Of a stretch of DNA of 64,000 nt, positions 1 through 10,414 are shown piece after piece. Source of the stretch: an uncultured Candidatus Poseidoniales archaeon (GTDB taxonomy: Archaea; Thermoplasmatota; Poseidoniia; Poseidoniales; Thalassarchaeaceae); assembly GCA_902530535.1 (NCBI GenBank), contig CACAAP010000001.1, positions 3,160-67,159 of the forward strand. Direction: 5' to 3'. Position 1 is the first letter of the stretch; each line of letters begins with the position of its first letter. The notes under the pieces are model-generated. The model was not told the origin of the DNA and made no database searches. It was given only the letters and a program-made list of their open reading frames with translations. The translations under genes were made by a program, and so were the position numbers.

Positions 1-1443
1 GTCGACCCGGTTGTCTGGGACATTGGTTACCTTGTATCGGCAGCTCTGTTCATTATCGGCATAAAGAGACTTTCCAGTCCTAAGACTGCTCCCCAGGGCA
101 ATCGTCTTGGCGCTTATGGGATGCTTCTTGCAGTTCTAGTTACACTAGTAAAGATGTATTCCGAGGAAATTATCGGATTCGAGATGATATTAGCCGGGCT
201 AGCTCTTGGTACCATTATCGGATACATCATGGCCACTACTGTTGAGATGACTGAGATGCCAGAACTGGTCGCCCTATTCAACGGGTTTGGCGGAGGAGCA
301 TCTGCACTTGTGGGCCTTTCAGAAGTACTCAAGCGACTACAGGAGGGGGAAATCCCAGATGCAGGAGTCGAGCTATACGCCATATGGATCGCAATAGGGC
401 TTTCCGGAATCGTAGGATGGGTCACACTTACTGGAAGCCTCATGGCTATGGGGAAACTCAGGGGAGGGTTCTACATCCCTTTCACGAAAAAGGATGATAG
501 AGGTCGTAGGAAATGGGTCAGTTTCCCTACTTGGGGCCCTCCATGGCTGAATATTGTCAAAGGCGCGATATTGATTGGTTGCATTTCTCTGATCGGACTA
601 ACAATCCAAGAACCTGAGAATTACGACTACATCTATACACTAGTCGTACTATCTTGTCTACTCGGCGTGCTATTCGTAATCCCAATTGGGGGTGCTGATA
701 TGCCAGTAGTGGTCAGCCTCCTCAATTCGATGTCAGGAATTGCCGCAGCTTTCACCGGTTTCGTGATAGGAAACAATGTCCTGATTATTGCTGGTTCTAT
801 GGTAGGAGCCGCCGGACTAATACTGACATTCATAATGTGCAAAGCGATGAACAGGACTCTCACCGCGGTTCTATTCAAGTCATTCGGAGGGGGTGGTCGT
901 GAGTCGGTGACCAGAACCAAAGTCGGTAGCGATCCCGAGGAGGTAGCAATGGTTTGTGATGGCATAAGCAAGTGCGTAATTATTCCTGGCTATGGTATGG
1001 CCGTTAGCCAGGCACAGCATGCTGTCAAGGAGTTCGCAGACCTTCTGGAGTCCCAAGGAGTGGAGGTGTCATATGGAATTCATCCAGTCGCAGGTAGGAT
1101 GCCGGGACACATGAATGTACTATTGGCAGAGGCAAGCGTTCCATACGAACAACTCATTGAGATGGACGACATTAACTCGGAACTCCCTGAGACTGACGTT
1201 GCTCTTGTGATAGGTGCCAATGATACGATTAATCCCGTGGCTCGATCAGGGGAGGGTCCACTTGGAGGAATGCCAATCATCGACGCAGACAAGGCAAGAG
1301 TTGTTGTAATTATCAAGAGGAGCCTTTCCGTAGGATATGCAGGAGTCGACAACGACCTATTCTATGAGGACAAGACTATGATGCTATTCGGTGACGGCAA
1401 GAAGATGATGAATGAATTGAATTCCTCTATCAAGGAGTTATGA
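1..1443 (+). CDS. pntB: NAD(P) transhydrogenase subunit beta (5' truncated by window)
   Basis: Frame is open from base 1 (VDPVVWDIGYLVSAALFIIGIKRLSSPKTAPQGNRLG). Motifs MPELVALFNGFGG, IGGADMPVV, PGYGMAVSQAQH, HPVAGRMPGHMNVLLAEA, IGANDTINP. Confidence 0.97.
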   Translation, partial: VDPVVWDIGYLVSAALFIIGIKRLSSPKTAPQGNRLGAYGMLLAVLVTLVKMYSEEIIGFEMILAGLALGTIIGYIMATTVEMTEMPELVALFNGFGGGASALVGLSEVLKRLQEGEIPDAGVELYAIWIAIGLSGIVGWVTLTGSLMAMGKLRGGFYIPFTKKDDRGRRKWVSFPTWGPPWLNIVKGAILIGCISLIGLTIQEPENYDYIYTLVVLSCLLGVLFVIPIGGADMPVVVSLLNSMSGIAAAFTGFVIGNNVLIIAGSMVGAAGLILTFIMCKAMNRTLTAVLFKSFGGGGRESVTRTKVGSDPEEVAMVCDGISKCVIIPGYGMAVSQAQHAVKEFADLLESQGVEVSYGIHPVAGRMPGHMNVLLAEASVPYEQLIEMDDINSELPETDVALVIGANDTINPVARSGEGPLGGMPIIDADKARVVVIIKRSLSVGYAGVDNDLFYEDKTMMLFGDGKKMMNELNSSIKEL

Positions 1444-1500
1444 GGCCTACCTCCCCCAACCGTTATTTGACATCGACTGCGAGAAAGGATTAGTGATATC

Positions 1501-2523
1501 ATGCGTGTGAGCGTCAGTCGCGCCTTCGTATGCCTTATCGTAGTCGTTGCGGTATCAATTCCTGCTCTCGGAATGAGCAATGGTCCCGGGGCTTACAATT
1601 CCAACGATGAGTTGACCGTAAAGTACGGTTGCTCCTGCCATAACAACGGCGCGCCATCAGAGAGAGCAGTTGTAATGGTCACAGGTGTGCCCCTGATGTA
1701 CGAGCCATCCGAGAGTTACCAACTCACTATCAGGGTAGCCGATTCTCTGACACTATCGGGCGGTGAAGGAAACACACAAGCAGGTTTCCTGATTTCTTCT
1801 GACTCAATTGGAAACTTCACCTGGCAAGACGACCAAGAAATTCGTTACGCAGAGGGCCGAGCTGATGATGTTTCACACTCTGACACGGATCTTGATGGAT
1901 CATGGGTATTGACATGGACCGCTCCCGAAGGCGATATGGGCGTAGTACAATTTTGGATAGCCGGAAATTCTGTAGATGGAGGGGGGATACCCGACGAGAT
2001 GGATTACTGGAACGTCCTATCTTTCTCGATCAACCCACCTGGCACTATTACCACTGATGAGAGCGGATCAACCTTGGAAACCCGTACCATCTCTGTTGGT
2101 ACCTATGACTCGCTATTCCTGCTAGAAGTGTCCGAAGACCAACTCGAGAAGGAACGTCAGGACGCAATATCCCATAGGGTATTCTCACAAGGTAACCTGT
2201 TCTACTGGACTAGCCTAACTGCACTTATCGTAGGGGCCGTCGTTCAGAAGGAGATTCTCGAACGCAAATATGACGATGGACCAGAATTCCTAGCGAGCGA
2301 ACTGGCTTATCCCGAAGGATTACGTAGGGCGTTCGGCTGCTTGCTATCGTTCTACCTAGGGGTCAGATGGGCTAGTTCCGATAGCCCCATTGTTTTCCAA
2401 GGTGTGGACTTCACAGACTTCGCCACCGGTACAGCGTTCTTCGTTAGTGCATGGGCTGCTTATGGCGTATATAGAACGGTTCTTGCAGCCAGAACATTGC
2501 CCGATGCGAAGGATGTATTGTGA
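1501..2523 (+). CDS. Secreted/membrane protein with Reeler-like (choice-of-anchor V type) domain and C-terminal TM helices
   Basis: Signal peptide, GCSCH motif, WTAP...FWIAGNSVDG pattern, 3 C-terminal hydrophobic segments. Confidence 0.6.
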   Translation: MRVSVSRAFVCLIVVVAVSIPALGMSNGPGAYNSNDELTVKYGCSCHNNGAPSERAVVMVTGVPLMYEPSESYQLTIRVADSLTLSGGEGNTQAGFLISSDSIGNFTWQDDQEIRYAEGRADDVSHSDTDLDGSWVLTWTAPEGDMGVVQFWIAGNSVDGGGIPDEMDYWNVLSFSINPPGTITTDESGSTLETRTISVGTYDSLFLLEVSEDQLEKERQDAISHRVFSQGNLFYWTSLTALIVGAVVQKEILERKYDDGPEFLASELAYPEGLRRAFGCLLSFYLGVRWASSDSPIVFQGVDFTDFATGTAFFVSAWAAYGVYRTVLAARTLPDAKDVL

Positions 2524-3260
2524 CTGGCGAATTCGTTAACGTCTTCCCGAACTGGGACATCCAAGAACACCTCAGAGACCTGAATACAATAGCCCGTAGA
2601 ATTTCAGTTACATTGATCATAATGAGTTTCTTCTGGTCCTTCTCAATAGATAATATGATTACTCACTGGCTGGATGTATTGCCCTTTGAAACTGGTCCCA
2701 ACAACGAGAACATATCCATCTACGGGCCGTTCGATTGGCTACAGTTGAGGTGGGCTGCTGTGATTCTTCTAGCATTGTTGTCATCGCTTCCATTGATCTC
2801 AATACAGGCTTATTCGTTCGCTAGGCCGGGACTCTATCCATCAGAGCGCAATTGGCTGATATCGGTACTTATCCTAACGACAACTATCATCCCAATCGTC
2901 ATTTTCCTAATATGGTATCAGGGCCTCCCCATCCTGTTTGAGTTATCTGAAACATCTGGCAGGCCCGATGGGGTACTTGTTAGATACGACGCCTACTCCA
3001 TGTTCTCCATAGGTATGGCACTTTCATGGATACTTGTAATCTGGTCAGTGACAACGATTTCCCTCTCGTTAACCAGAATATATGGCATGATAAATAACGG
3101 CGAGCCCAGATTCAGGAAGCGCTTACTAGCAATTTCATCAGGTTTGATAATTCTAACTCTACCAATCGAGTTCGATGGATTGAAGATTATTATTGCAATA
3201 CTTTCCGCGATATTATCTGATTTCGTATCAAACTCCTTGCCTCTTAGAGTCATCAGTTAA
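2520..3260 (+). CDS. tatC: TatC-like twin-arginine translocase subunit (divergent)
   Basis: EHLRDL near the N-terminus, FARPGLYPSER motif, about 6 TM helices. Overlaps the upstream stop codon. Confidence 0.65.
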   Translation: MTGEFVNVFPNWDIQEHLRDLNTIARRISVTLIIMSFFWSFSIDNMITHWLDVLPFETGPNNENISIYGPFDWLQLRWAAVILLALLSSLPLISIQAYSFARPGLYPSERNWLISVLILTTTIIPIVIFLIWYQGLPILFELSETSGRPDGVLVRYDAYSMFSIGMALSWILVIWSVTTISLSLTRIYGMINNGEPRFRKRLLAISSGLIILTLPIEFDGLKIIIAILSAILSDFVSNSLPLRVIS

Positions 3261-3335
3261 ATTGGCAGTCAAATTAGACTCAACGAGTTAACACAGGGGG
3301 ATTGATTTGAAAGCATTAGCTACCGGCCAAAAGAT

Positions 3336-5303
3336 GTGAGCAAAAGCGCACCAAGTAGTATTTTCCGAATTCTTTCTGTGACCATGCTATTGATGGCTTC
3401 TTCGTTCGTATACATAAATTCCGAATCGGTTAATGACGCAATATCATCAACAGTCGAAACTAGAAATGCTAATGAAAGCCCATTAGTCGGACTCGCAGAA
3501 GAAGAATTCTGGCCGGTACTTAGAGTCAGTTTCCCCGCCAAGCCTTTTCCTAACTCACTACTGGGGGGACTGTTTGAAGGCAATAACTCAGCAGAACAAT
3601 ACATCTCCGAGATGAGCGGCGGCGATTCTCAATTGATGACAACGGTAGTAGGAGAGACCTGGGCATCCCCATACTTGGAGCCTCACTGGGGAACAGATTC
3701 CGAAACTGAGAGAGACACTGGAGCAGACTCAGGAGGCGCTAGAGAATTAGCAAGAGAAGCGATAACCAGTACATTTCAGAACCAGGACATCTCTCAGTGG
3801 GATCTTGATGGCGATTTCATTGTTGACAGGCTACTAATACTTCACTCTGGACAAGCACAAGAAGAGGGAGGCCCATCGACAAGCATTTGGAGCCACTTCT
3901 CGGCATTTTACGAGCCTGTAGTGGTCGGCGAGTATTCATTCGAACACTACACGATGGCTTCAGTACATGGAGGCCTCGGCGTATTAATTCATGAGATGCT
4001 GCATCAGATGGGTGCCGTAGATTTGTACGATGTACATAGCGATGCACCCACGAGAAACTGGCATGGACTAGGTGACTGGGACGTAATGGCCAGTGGAAAT
4101 TGGATAGATGATGGATCTAGGCCAACTCTACCTTCATCTTCCACTCTCGAACTAATTGATGCCATAGATCCAATTGAGCCTAGTTTAACCTCCGATGGAA
4201 ACTTCTCCCTGGAACCACTGTCTAATGGTGGTAATCCACTAAAGATTGAGATAGCCCCCCAAGAGTATATCTGGATCACACTCAGGTCGAATACTGGTTT
4301 CGATAAGGGTTTACCCGGACACGGCATACTAGTCGAACAGCAGGATCTCAATTTCGGAGATGTGTCTTCCAACCTAGTGAATACCGACCCAACAAAACCA
4401 TGGGTTAAGATTGTTGAAGCAGATGGAGATGAAGCTCTATTGAGGGCTAGAGACTATGGATCAGCAGGTGATGTTTTCGATGTTGGTGATAGATTTGGAC
4501 ATACTGGAAAGAAGATTTGGGACAATCACGGGAGGCTTGTCCAATGGACAGCCAATGTCATAGATATTAGTGATAGTTCCGCAGTCATCGAGTTCGATTT
4601 CGTTGGTGATGCTAACTCTACACTAACAGTTCCCCGAAATCCTATAGTGGTTCTAGATGATGAACCAATCATTGCAGATATTTTCACAACCGACAAATGT
4701 ATGGTGGTAGTTGATATCTCATCAACAGGCGGTGTTGTGATCCCCCCTCACTATGGTAACTCTACAAGGATTCAATTAATTGAAATAACAAACTCTTCAT
4801 CTTCCAAAGGGACGATTGAAGGATCTATTGGTTGCCAGGATCGTCCAAAGAACACAGTTTCTATAGATTGGATCGTAGTAAACCATAGATTATCAACAGA
4901 TGAAATCGAAGTAACCGTACCTTGGGACTCAGACTCTACTATTGCTCTATATCCGGGATCACTTGGTTCCGGCCCCAGGACTTACAACAGCATCACGATC
5001 GAAGGTGCAGCTGGAAGAATTGCTGAACCACTAACCGAAGGGACGTTCTACCCAGGAGATGCAATCGAATTGCGAATTATCCCCGATGGGCTTCTGGAGC
5101 CGAGGATGATTGCAAAGGGCGAGCTTGTCGTTTTAGACTCGGATAACATCGAGCAAAGAATCCCTTTCCAATTAACTGCGGAAGGAGATCTGCCTTTCGG
5201 CCCATTAAACTGGCTGGCAACTCCCTCCAATGCAATTTCAACAGTTCTTATCTTGATGGCATTATCCTTAGCAACTGGAAACAGGCTGAACAAGCAAAAT
5301 TAG
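3336..5303 (+). CDS. M6 family (immune inhibitor A-like) secreted metalloprotease, membrane anchored
   Basis: Signal peptide, DLDGDFIVD..HSG..QE, IWSH, HEMLHQMGAVDLYD zincin motif, WDVMASGNW, C-terminal TM helix. Confidence 0.85.
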   Translation: MSKSAPSSIFRILSVTMLLMASSFVYINSESVNDAISSTVETRNANESPLVGLAEEEFWPVLRVSFPAKPFPNSLLGGLFEGNNSAEQYISEMSGGDSQLMTTVVGETWASPYLEPHWGTDSETERDTGADSGGARELAREAITSTFQNQDISQWDLDGDFIVDRLLILHSGQAQEEGGPSTSIWSHFSAFYEPVVVGEYSFEHYTMASVHGGLGVLIHEMLHQMGAVDLYDVHSDAPTRNWHGLGDWDVMASGNWIDDGSRPTLPSSSTLELIDAIDPIEPSLTSDGNFSLEPLSNGGNPLKIEIAPQEYIWITLRSNTGFDKGLPGHGILVEQQDLNFGDVSSNLVNTDPTKPWVKIVEADGDEALLRARDYGSAGDVFDVGDRFGHTGKKIWDNHGRLVQWTANVIDISDSSAVIEFDFVGDANSTLTVPRNPIVVLDDEPIIADIFTTDKCMVVVDISSTGGVVIPPHYGNSTRIQLIEITNSSSSKGTIEGSIGCQDRPKNTVSIDWIVVNHRLSTDEIEVTVPWDSDSTIALYPGSLGSGPRTYNSITIEGAAGRIAEPLTEGTFYPGDAIELRIIPDGLLEPRMIAKGELVVLDSDNIEQRIPFQLTAEGDLPFGPLNWLATPSNAISTVLILMALSLATGNRLNKQN

Positions 5304-6370
5304 TGCCTGATTGGATTACTCCATCTTGAATCGGAGGGTGGTCTGGATATTTGCAGGTATCTCCAACCGTTTCCACCTTCCTTAATTGGGTAAAGCCAAT
5401 CCTTGTTTACCCCTGAAGCTAACCTCGATGAGAGGCAGGCCTCAGCCCAGTTCTTCGGATTCTCTGATGATGGGTCTACTACTAACCAAGGAGCGTGACC
5501 CTCCCCTACATCTGCGGGGTAACATCTCCACTTTGTCCCGTACTTGAAACCAGACCTAGTGTTCAGACCTCTTTTCCAAAGATCGAGAATTATACTAGAC
5601 GTAACCGACATGTTCTCAGTTGCCTGGTTCGTTACGGATTGGACAACCTCGTATTCGATATTTTCGAGTTGTCTTCCGCCATGTAATGGCAATCCAATAG
5701 CATCGAATCCCCAATCATCGTCGTCAATAATGAATACTCCATCTTCTCCTAGATCAATTGATTTAAGCTTCGAGATCCTTTGAAACTCATTGAAGTCTGG
5801 TGGACGTAGAACTCCAGTAGGATTAGACTCAGATATACGATAAGTGACCACAGACTTTTCCTCATCCACTACAAGAACCTCTGAGATCCTATCCTTCGAA
5901 TATACCTCATTTGACCACTGAAGTAATGATTCTAACGAATGAGATTGTTCGGATTTACCACTCAATAATTGACTCGAATTGAACCAAATAACTTCTGAAT
6001 CTGGATTATCTCTAGCGGGATGCTTATCTGAGGACCACCTTATTCCCCATGAATTACAATTATCTATGCCCAATTTAGAGAAGTTATGGTGGAGTACAAC
6101 TTTGTTACCCGGAACTCTTAATGCTTCTAAAATCGCATATTCCTGTATAATTGTCGGGTCATTAAGTAGTCTCTCATTCACCCATTCCAACATGGCATTG
6201 TCATCTGGAATCAAAGGAAAGGAAACTCCTCTGTGATTCCTTGAGAATATGACTTCAATGTCAGAAAGAGCTAATCCACCTCCATCGATAAGTACTCCAA
6301 TAGCCGATTTCTCCCATAATCTACTATACGCAGGGCCATCGAAAACCCACCATTTCCCGGTCCACTCCAT
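5300..6370 (-). CDS. endA: tRNA-splicing endonuclease (two-unit alpha2 type)
   Basis: C-terminal unit RSGFKYGTKWRCY, GHAPWLV, RLASGVNK carries the catalytic Y/H/K triad. N-terminal unit is degenerate. Confidence 0.8.
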   Translation of the reverse strand: MEWTGKWWVFDGPAYSRLWEKSAIGVLIDGGGLALSDIEVIFSRNHRGVSFPLIPDDNAMLEWVNERLLNDPTIIQEYAILEALRVPGNKVVLHHNFSKLGIDNCNSWGIRWSSDKHPARDNPDSEVIWFNSSQLLSGKSEQSHSLESLLQWSNEVYSKDRISEVLVVDEEKSVVTYRISESNPTGVLRPPDFNEFQRISKLKSIDLGEDGVFIIDDDDWGFDAIGLPLHGGRQLENIEYEVVQSVTNQATENMSVTSSIILDLWKRGLNTRSGFKYGTKWRCYPADVGEGHAPWLVVDPSSENPKNWAEACLSSRLASGVNKDWLYPIKEGGNGWRYLQISRPPSDSRWSNPIRH

Positions 6371-6441
6371 GTATGATCGAGGACGCTACCAAATTAGACG
6401 CTATCCCCAAATATCATCCGTGTGACCTCCGTGGGAACAAC

Positions 6442-7494
6442 GTGACAGATGATACTGACGAAAGAAGACAGGAAAGCCTCAAGACTCTGCGAAATCTTTT
6501 GAAAACAATAGATGGCCAAAAGGTGACACTAATTGGTGACACAATGCTCGATAGATATCACCACGGTTTTGCAAATAATCTGAACTCTACAGCCCCAGTA
6601 CCTGTGCTCAAGATTACCCATTCGGAGGAGTCACCGGGTGCATCTGCACATATAGCAATAGGACTCTCTTCATTCGGCATGAAAGTCTCATTCCATACTG
6701 CGTTAGGGGACGATTCCGAGGGGGAGTCAATAATTTCTACACTCAAAGAATTCAAAATTTCGACGGATAACGTGATTATGATTCCATCCAGGGAGACTCT
6801 TACTAAGATTCGATTCTTCGGGAGCAGAGAGAGCCTTCTCGATAGAGGGCAAATACTTCTTCAGGCAGATAGAGGTACCAACGAACCCGTAGGTGAAGAA
6901 ATTTCTTCTGAGCTCGCTTCTTCTGCAATAGAAGATTTAGAGGATAGTTGTGCCTTGGTTATTTCTGACTATGACAAGGGAGTTGTTACTATTGAAGAAT
7001 CTCTTAAACTAATTTCAAAGGCAAATAAGATTGGGATTCCAGTGATAGTAGATCCGAAATTAACAGGCCTGGAAAAGAGCCGAGGCGCATCGGTAGTGAT
7101 TTTTGAGAAGAGGGGGATGTCCCTTTTAGCTCGCCGAATCGGATCAGACATAGAGGAAGCGGCCCAGAATATGTTGATTGAGTATTCATGGGAAGGAATT
7201 CTTGTACTGGGAGGAATTAACGGCGTCCAGTTGTACCAGCGTGATTCTGAATCGATGCTGATACCATGCATGGCACCTGCTGCTGAACAGCAGATCGGAA
7301 TGCATGATGCAGCCGCAACATCACTTGCAGCAGCCCTGGGCTCAGGTCTTTCCCTTTATGATGCTGCATTACTGGCATCTGCAGCATGCGAATGCGTCCT
7401 TTCGGCTAGTACAGCAAAGGAGTACATTGATCGAGATACACTAGGACTATGGCTCGATGAGCTTTCATGGCAGATGAGAATATCTGATAGATAG
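6442..7494 (+). CDS. PfkB/RfaE (HldE kinase domain)-like sugar kinase
   Basis: IGDTMLDRY, APVPV, ISDYDKGV, IVDPK motifs. The C-terminal GAGD motif is altered to GMHD. GTG start inferred. Confidence 0.75.
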   Translation: MTDDTDERRQESLKTLRNLLKTIDGQKVTLIGDTMLDRYHHGFANNLNSTAPVPVLKITHSEESPGASAHIAIGLSSFGMKVSFHTALGDDSEGESIISTLKEFKISTDNVIMIPSRETLTKIRFFGSRESLLDRGQILLQADRGTNEPVGEEISSELASSAIEDLEDSCALVISDYDKGVVTIEESLKLISKANKIGIPVIVDPKLTGLEKSRGASVVIFEKRGMSLLARRIGSDIEEAAQNMLIEYSWEGILVLGGINGVQLYQRDSESMLIPCMAPAAEQQIGMHDAAATSLAAALGSGLSLYDAALLASAACECVLSASTAKEYIDRDTLGLWLDELSWQMRISDR

Positions 7495-7540
7495 AAACAT
7501 GATTACATGGGATTGAATAGTGTTGCTTAACGCGAGCAAC

Positions 7541-9055
7541 ATGAGAGTCATGTTATCTTCACACAATCGAGTCTCTGCCATCTTAGTAATTCTATTATTT
7601 GCTTCGAATATAGCAGTATTAAATTCGCAGGCGGAGAATGACTTCCGTGCTACACTTAGCATTGATATGGAAGACGGGACTGTGATTGATGATGAGTTAA
7701 CATTCAAGGCTTTAGTGATGGATGAATTGGAACCCCATTCCGCAAGTTGGGAGTTGTTGGACTCGACTTCAACAAGACACTACGTTTCGGTATCTGAATT
7801 CTATCAAGGCGTTACTTCTGGCCCATTGACTGAATGGACATTTGATATCGACATCTCACCTGAAACAGTAGGCTCATGCTCTTGCATACTGACCGTGAGC
7901 GTAATTGACTCACATGGCATCCCTCTTCTAGAGTCTGCAAGCATTTTCATTCAAACCCTAGGGGTTACAGATGAGTTATTTACTCCTACAATGCATATTC
8001 ATGAAAGTGGAATGGATTATTGGCATAGCGAATCATATATCCTAGACGCGTTATCTTCAACTATAGATGGCATTGTACCATCATTCTCAACCATAATTCG
8101 TACTTCAAGTACAATTAAGTGCACTTATGGGGGGCTTGAAGGCGAAGACTCACTTTATGCAGTTAATTACAACTCTACTCCGCACCCGAGTCTTTCCGAT
8201 ATTAAGTGGGACGGCGATACCCTAACTTTCGAGATCGACCTGATTGATTTTGATGATGGATGGCATGACATCATTATATTCGCCCAATCCGAAATTGAAG
8301 ATTCAACTTACTCGCACGATTGTATCAGTATTAGGATCGATAACACCCCTCCTAGTGTAATATTGAATATTCCCGAAGAGCTGCCCGAAGGTACGGACAC
8401 AGTATTCTTAGATGCCTCTTCGACTTTCGACGAATACTGGGGAATACAAGGACTAACATACACATGGTCAATAAACGAGCTTGGAGGCTCGGGTGAAGAA
8501 ATAAATCAGGTTTTCAGTGGGCTCGATTACCGGTCAATTGAACTCATTCTCATTAACTCAGGCGTTTACGTCATTTCACTATCTGTATCTGATAATGCAG
8601 GGAATATGGCACTCTCAACTTCTACGCTCGAAATTGTCAACATTGCTCCAATAGCACGCCTAACCATTAACGGGGAGAATTATTTCGATAATGATCAGGT
8701 TGCTCTGTCTCCAGACTCTTCAATTGTTGTCGATGCCTCGCTATCTACGGATACCTCGAACGATATAGATGGACTCAGATATGTTTGGAGAGTTGACAAT
8801 GTTCCGACCTATGAGGGGACATCTAGATCTATATCATGGCCCGATGGAGTGAATGACGATAGTTTCGTCTTGTCGATTGAAGTAATTGACGACGACTCTG
8901 AGTCAACTATGATCTCAGTTATAGTAGTGGATAATAGCGAATCTGGTAGTCCTCCTCTTTCAATACTAATTCTGATTATTTCTGGTGGCTTCTTGTCATA
9001 TTCTGTATTTAGACGATCCAAATCAGACGATTCAGAAATTCCTAAGTGGAACTAA
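7541..9055 (+). CDS. PKD/Ig-like domain cell-surface protein
   Basis: Signal peptide, acidic beta-rich repeats (LDASSTFD..YTW, VSDNAGN, DASLSTD..YVW), C-terminal TM helix plus basic tail. Confidence 0.7.
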   Translation: MRVMLSSHNRVSAILVILLFASNIAVLNSQAENDFRATLSIDMEDGTVIDDELTFKALVMDELEPHSASWELLDSTSTRHYVSVSEFYQGVTSGPLTEWTFDIDISPETVGSCSCILTVSVIDSHGIPLLESASIFIQTLGVTDELFTPTMHIHESGMDYWHSESYILDALSSTIDGIVPSFSTIIRTSSTIKCTYGGLEGEDSLYAVNYNSTPHPSLSDIKWDGDTLTFEIDLIDFDDGWHDIIIFAQSEIEDSTYSHDCISIRIDNTPPSVILNIPEELPEGTDTVFLDASSTFDEYWGIQGLTYTWSINELGGSGEEINQVFSGLDYRSIELILINSGVYVISLSVSDNAGNMALSTSTLEIVNIAPIARLTINGENYFDNDQVALSPDSSIVVDASLSTDTSNDIDGLRYVWRVDNVPTYEGTSRSISWPDGVNDDSFVLSIEVIDDDSESTMISVIVVDNSESGSPPLSILILIISGGFLSYSVFRRSKSDDSEIPKWN

Positions 9056-9094
9056 TCCTGAAAAGACCAAAAGGCAGTAATTACAGGGATTTGT

Positions 9095-10414
9095 ATGAGT
9101 TTACCATTCGATAGGGCAGAGTACCTGAATCGCCAGGAATTAGTATTCTCTAAATTACCCGAGTCGAGCTTAGTAATAATACCAACAAACGATCGAAAAA
9201 TAAGATCCAATGATGTTGCATATCCATTTAGGCCCAATTCATACATGCTATATCTTTGTGGCTGGGAAGAAGATGAAGGTACATTACTAGCAACGAATTC
9301 ATCTGGAAAATGGGTGACAACACTGTTTGTACCAGAGAGGGATACAACGAAGGAAATATGGGAAGGAATACGTATAGGCGTTGATGGTGCTAAGTCATGG
9401 CCAGTTGATCATACGGATTCATTACAAAGTCTTGATTCCTGCATCAAAGAGTTAATTTCGGATGGAAGTAGAATTTTCACCATACCTGGCGCATCCTCAT
9501 CATTAGACATATTGTTCGATGAGAATACTGAAACCGAGGACTTACGCACATATATTGATCCAATTAGAAGGATCAAGTCAGCAAATGAAATCGAATATAT
9601 GCAAGAGGCCGCATCCATTGCATCATCGGCCCATGAAAAGGCAATGCGCAATTCTCGACCCGGTATGGGAGAATGGGAGATTCAGTCCGAGGTAGAAGGT
9701 CACTTCATGTCCTCACTGAGTCAGTGGAGCTTCCCATCAATAGTGGGCGGGGGAGATAACGCTACTGTTCTACATTACAAGAATAATAACCAGGTGATAA
9801 GATCCGGGGATCTTGTACTAGTCGATGCAGGATGTGAAGTCAGCGGATATGCATCAGATATTACTCGCACTTGGCCAGTGAATGGGAAGTTCTCCCAACC
9901 CCAGAGGGAAATTTACGAACTTGTCCTAAGAGCTGAACTAGCAGGAATAGATGCTTGTCAACCAGGAATGCCATGGGTTTCGATGCATGAGGCAGTATGT
10001 GAGACCATAGCAGAGGGACTGATAGAACTTGGAGTACTAAAGTGCTCTCTAGAAGATGCATTGGGCAGAGTCGAAGAAAACCCTGGTGTTTTTGAAGGCC
10101 AAATACGAAATTTCTTCATGCACGGTACTGGGCACTTTCTAGGATTGGACGTGCATGACGTTGGAGGGGGCCGCCAAGGCGACCCAAACTCCTCGTTCTT
10201 ACTAGAGCCAGGGATGGTTTTGACAATTGAGCCGGGTCTGTACTTTGGATCATGGAGAAATGACATATTAATTCCTGAAAGGTACGCGGGTATAGGAATT
10301 AGAATAGAGGATGACGTTTTGATAACAGAACAAGGCCCCTTAGTATTATCATCATCGTGTCCAAAGATGTTAGACGAAATTGAGCAGGTAGTAGGTAAGA
10401 GAATACATGACTGA
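9095..10414 (+). CDS. pepP: Xaa-Pro aminopeptidase (M24B)
   Basis: RRIKSANE, LVDAG, YASDITRTWP, HGTGHFLGLDVHD, TIEPGLY, GIRIEDD. Confidence 0.95.
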   Translation: MSLPFDRAEYLNRQELVFSKLPESSLVIIPTNDRKIRSNDVAYPFRPNSYMLYLCGWEEDEGTLLATNSSGKWVTTLFVPERDTTKEIWEGIRIGVDGAKSWPVDHTDSLQSLDSCIKELISDGSRIFTIPGASSSLDILFDENTETEDLRTYIDPIRRIKSANEIEYMQEAASIASSAHEKAMRNSRPGMGEWEIQSEVEGHFMSSLSQWSFPSIVGGGDNATVLHYKNNNQVIRSGDLVLVDAGCEVSGYASDITRTWPVNGKFSQPQREIYELVLRAELAGIDACQPGMPWVSMHEAVCETIAEGLIELGVLKCSLEDALGRVEENPGVFEGQIRNFFMHGTGHFLGLDVHDVGGGRQGDPNSSFLLEPGMVLTIEPGLYFGSWRNDILIPERYAGIGIRIEDDVLITEQGPLVLSSSCPKMLDEIEQVVGKRIHD

